A DNA stretch of 20,000 nucleotides from an uncultured virus (IMG/VR IMGVR_UViG_3300043099_000071) (taxonomy: Duplodnaviria > Heunggongvirae > Uroviricota > Caudoviricetes), in IMG/VR virus record IMGVR_UViG_3300043099_000071. One strand, given 5' to 3'. This document shows positions 18,412-20,000 of this stretch, in pieces. The notes below the pieces were generated by a model, which ran no database searches, was not told the DNA's origin, and worked only from the letters and a program-made list of their open reading frames with translations. Every line of letters begins with the position of its first letter. The first letter of the stretch is position 1. The translations under genes were made by a program, and so were the position numbers.

Positions 18412-20000
18412 ATGGCTACTGATCCGACATACGTTGAACAAGTTCAATCCAACATCCCGGCATGGATGCAGAAATACGCTGACCAGCTTTTGGGTAGTGT
18501 GTTTGGAGCACAAGATCCCACAACAGGGAAATTTGTACCCGGCTTGATCGGTCAGGGCTATCAGCCCTACATGGTTCCCAAGCGGGATGCTCAAGGCAAC
18601 ATCCTCAAAGACGAAGCTGGTAAGCCGATCATGCAGCCGGGGCAACGCACGGCTGAGTTTGTTCCTTTACAGGATCAGGCATTTAACAACCTTGCTGGAA
18701 TGGGCGTCAGTCCCGAACTTGGTCAGGCTGCTGAGATCGCTCGACGTGTTGGTTCCGCAGCAAACTATCCGGCTTACGTACCTGCTGCTGAGCGGCAGTT
18801 TTATACCGATCCTACGTTTGAACGGATGGGGACTACCTTTGAGCGCGTTAATGCTGCGCCGGGTACCTCGTATCAGATGCAGGGTCCGGAGAATGTCCGT
18901 GCGGCTCAGCTTGAACGATTTCAAATGGCTGCTCCCGAACGTGTCGGTATCGGCGCGTTGCAGCAATATCAGATGGGGCCGTATGAGCGAGTTCGTGCTG
19001 ATCAGTTCGGTCTTGGCGCGGCTTCTCAATACATGTCGCCGTACATGCAGGAAGTTGTTGACCGGCAGAAGCAAGCCGCTGTTCGTGACTACGCTCGTCA
19101 GTTGCCGGGTCTGAAAGCAGCCGGTGTTCGTGCTGGCGCTTCGGGTGGTACCCGTGAAGCCATTTTGGAATCTGAAGCCCGTCGTAACCTTGCCACTCAG
19201 TTGGGCGACATTCAGGCGCAGGGTAGTCAAAGCGCATTCCAGCAGGCACAGGCTCAGTACAATGCTGACCGTGCTCGTATGCTTCAGGCTCAGCAGGCTA
19301 ACCAAGCCGCTGGTTTGACCACGGGACAACAGAATCTTGCTGCTCAGTTGGGCGTACAACAGTTAGGCACTCAAGCGGGTCTTCAGGCTGCATTGGCTAA
19401 TCAGCAAGCGGGTCTCACGACCGGTCAGCAAAATTTGGCTGCGTTGCTCCAGACTCAAGGACTTGGTGCTGGACAGGATTTGCAGGCTCAACTTGCTAAC
19501 CAAGCGGCTCAACAGCAGACGGGCCAAACTAACCTACAGGCAATAATCAACCAGCAACAGTTTGGTGCGGGTCAGGGCTTGCAAGCACAGCAGTTGAATC
19601 AGGCCGCGCAGCTTCAAAACCAGCAGCAGGCTTTGGCTCAGTTGGCTCAAGCCAACCAGTTCAACCAGCAGAATGCTCAGCAACGCGCTCAGTACGGTCT
19701 GGCTGGTGCGAACCTTGCTGAGCAGTCACGTCAGTTTGGTGCGGGTCTTGGTTTGCAGGGTCTGCAACAGCAATTGGCTGCGGCGGGTGCCTTGGGCGGT
19801 CTCGGTATGCAGGGTTACCAGCAGGGTATGGGTATTGCTCAGGCTCAGTTGGGTGCTGGCGGTCAGCAGCAAGCCTTCAATCAGCAGATGCTCAATCAGC
19901 AGTACCAAGACTTCATTAACCAACAGCAGTTTCCGTACAAGCAGGCTGAGTTTGGAATGGGTATCCTCCGTGGACTCCCGGCAACAGGTCAGACTTCAAC
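18412..20000 (+). CDS. Gln/Ala/Gly-rich internal virion/DNA ejection (pilot-like) protein, 3'-truncated (at least 529 aa); absent from the ORF track
   Basis: RBS GGGAG then ATG at 18412 (MATDPTYVEQVQSNIPAWMQKYA...). I translated it by hand to the window end without a stop; it contains YMSPYMQEVVD, GASGGTREAILESE and QQYQDFINQQQFPY. Confidence 0.88.
   Translation, partial: MATDPTYVEQVQSNIPAWMQKYADQLLGSVFGAQDPTTGKFVPGLIGQGYQPYMVPKRDAQGNILKDEAGKPIMQPGQRTAEFVPLQDQAFNNLAGMGVSPELGQAAEIARRVGSAANYPAYVPAAERQFYTDPTFERMGTTFERVNAAPGTSYQMQGPENVRAAQLERFQMAAPERVGIGALQQYQMGPYERVRADQFGLGAASQYMSPYMQEVVDRQKQAAVRDYARQLPGLKAAGVRAGASGGTREAILESEARRNLATQLGDIQAQGSQSAFQQAQAQYNADRARMLQAQQANQAAGLTTGQQNLAAQLGVQQLGTQAGLQAALANQQAGLTTGQQNLAALLQTQGLGAGQDLQAQLANQAAQQQTGQTNLQAIINQQQFGAGQGLQAQQLNQAAQLQNQQQALAQLAQANQFNQQNAQQRAQYGLAGANLAEQSRQFGAGLGLQGLQQQLAAAGALGGLGMQGYQQGMGIAQAQLGAGGQQQAFNQQMLNQQYQDFINQQQFPYKQAEFGMGILRGLPATGQTS
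19297..19610 (+). repeat. 99-bp coding repeat (33-aa units, 3 full plus the start of a 4th)
   Basis: Units start at 19297, 19396, 19495 and 19594 (ANQAAGLTTGQQNLAAQLG... / ANQQAGLTTGQQNLAALLQ... / ANQAAQQQTGQTNLQAIIN... / LNQAAQ). Confidence 0.85.

Noticed and set aside
18388..19923. Track ORFs at 18388-18645, 18587-19114, 18667-19359, 18848-19249, 19124-19318 and 19726-19923
   Set aside because: All overlap the real, unlisted plus-strand ORF starting at 18412, which has an RBS and coherent repeats.

Overview
The whole window is a tightly packed, all-plus-strand virion morphogenesis region of a tailed dsDNA phage (or prophage), most likely podovirus-like. It shows no tail tube, sheath or classical tape-measure gene. 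Gene order: truncated hypothetical gene; two small basic proteins; probable head-tail adaptor; 82-aa hypothetical; 151-aa structural protein; a roughly 9.5-kb fibre/adhesin cluster; holin-like gene and GH24 lysozyme; 765-aa nozzle/stabilisation-like protein; C1q/TNF-like needle candidate; two probable ejection (internal virion) proteins. The fibre cluster holds a 633-aa fibre, three fibres sharing an N-terminal anchor motif (two ending in S74 chaperones), a 253-aa repeat protein with no basic residues, a 419-aa fibre, a Gly-rich adhesin and two small partners. The last gene (18412->20000) is missing from the ORF track because it runs off the window. I saw no RNA genes, CRISPR, integrase or reverse transcriptase. 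The best leads are: (i) a possible ruler-plus-subunit filament (22-aa and 11-aa Trp repeat protein with the 151-aa protein); (ii) a branched multi-receptor-binding-protein (RBP) array with compositionally distinct, apparently swapped cassettes; (iii) a recurring [FMY]-[AKR]-x-G-G motif that may be a processing or packaging signal; (iv) a Gln-rich 33-aa (3x11) repeat protein that may form a DNA conduit. All family assignments come from motif recognition, not database searches.
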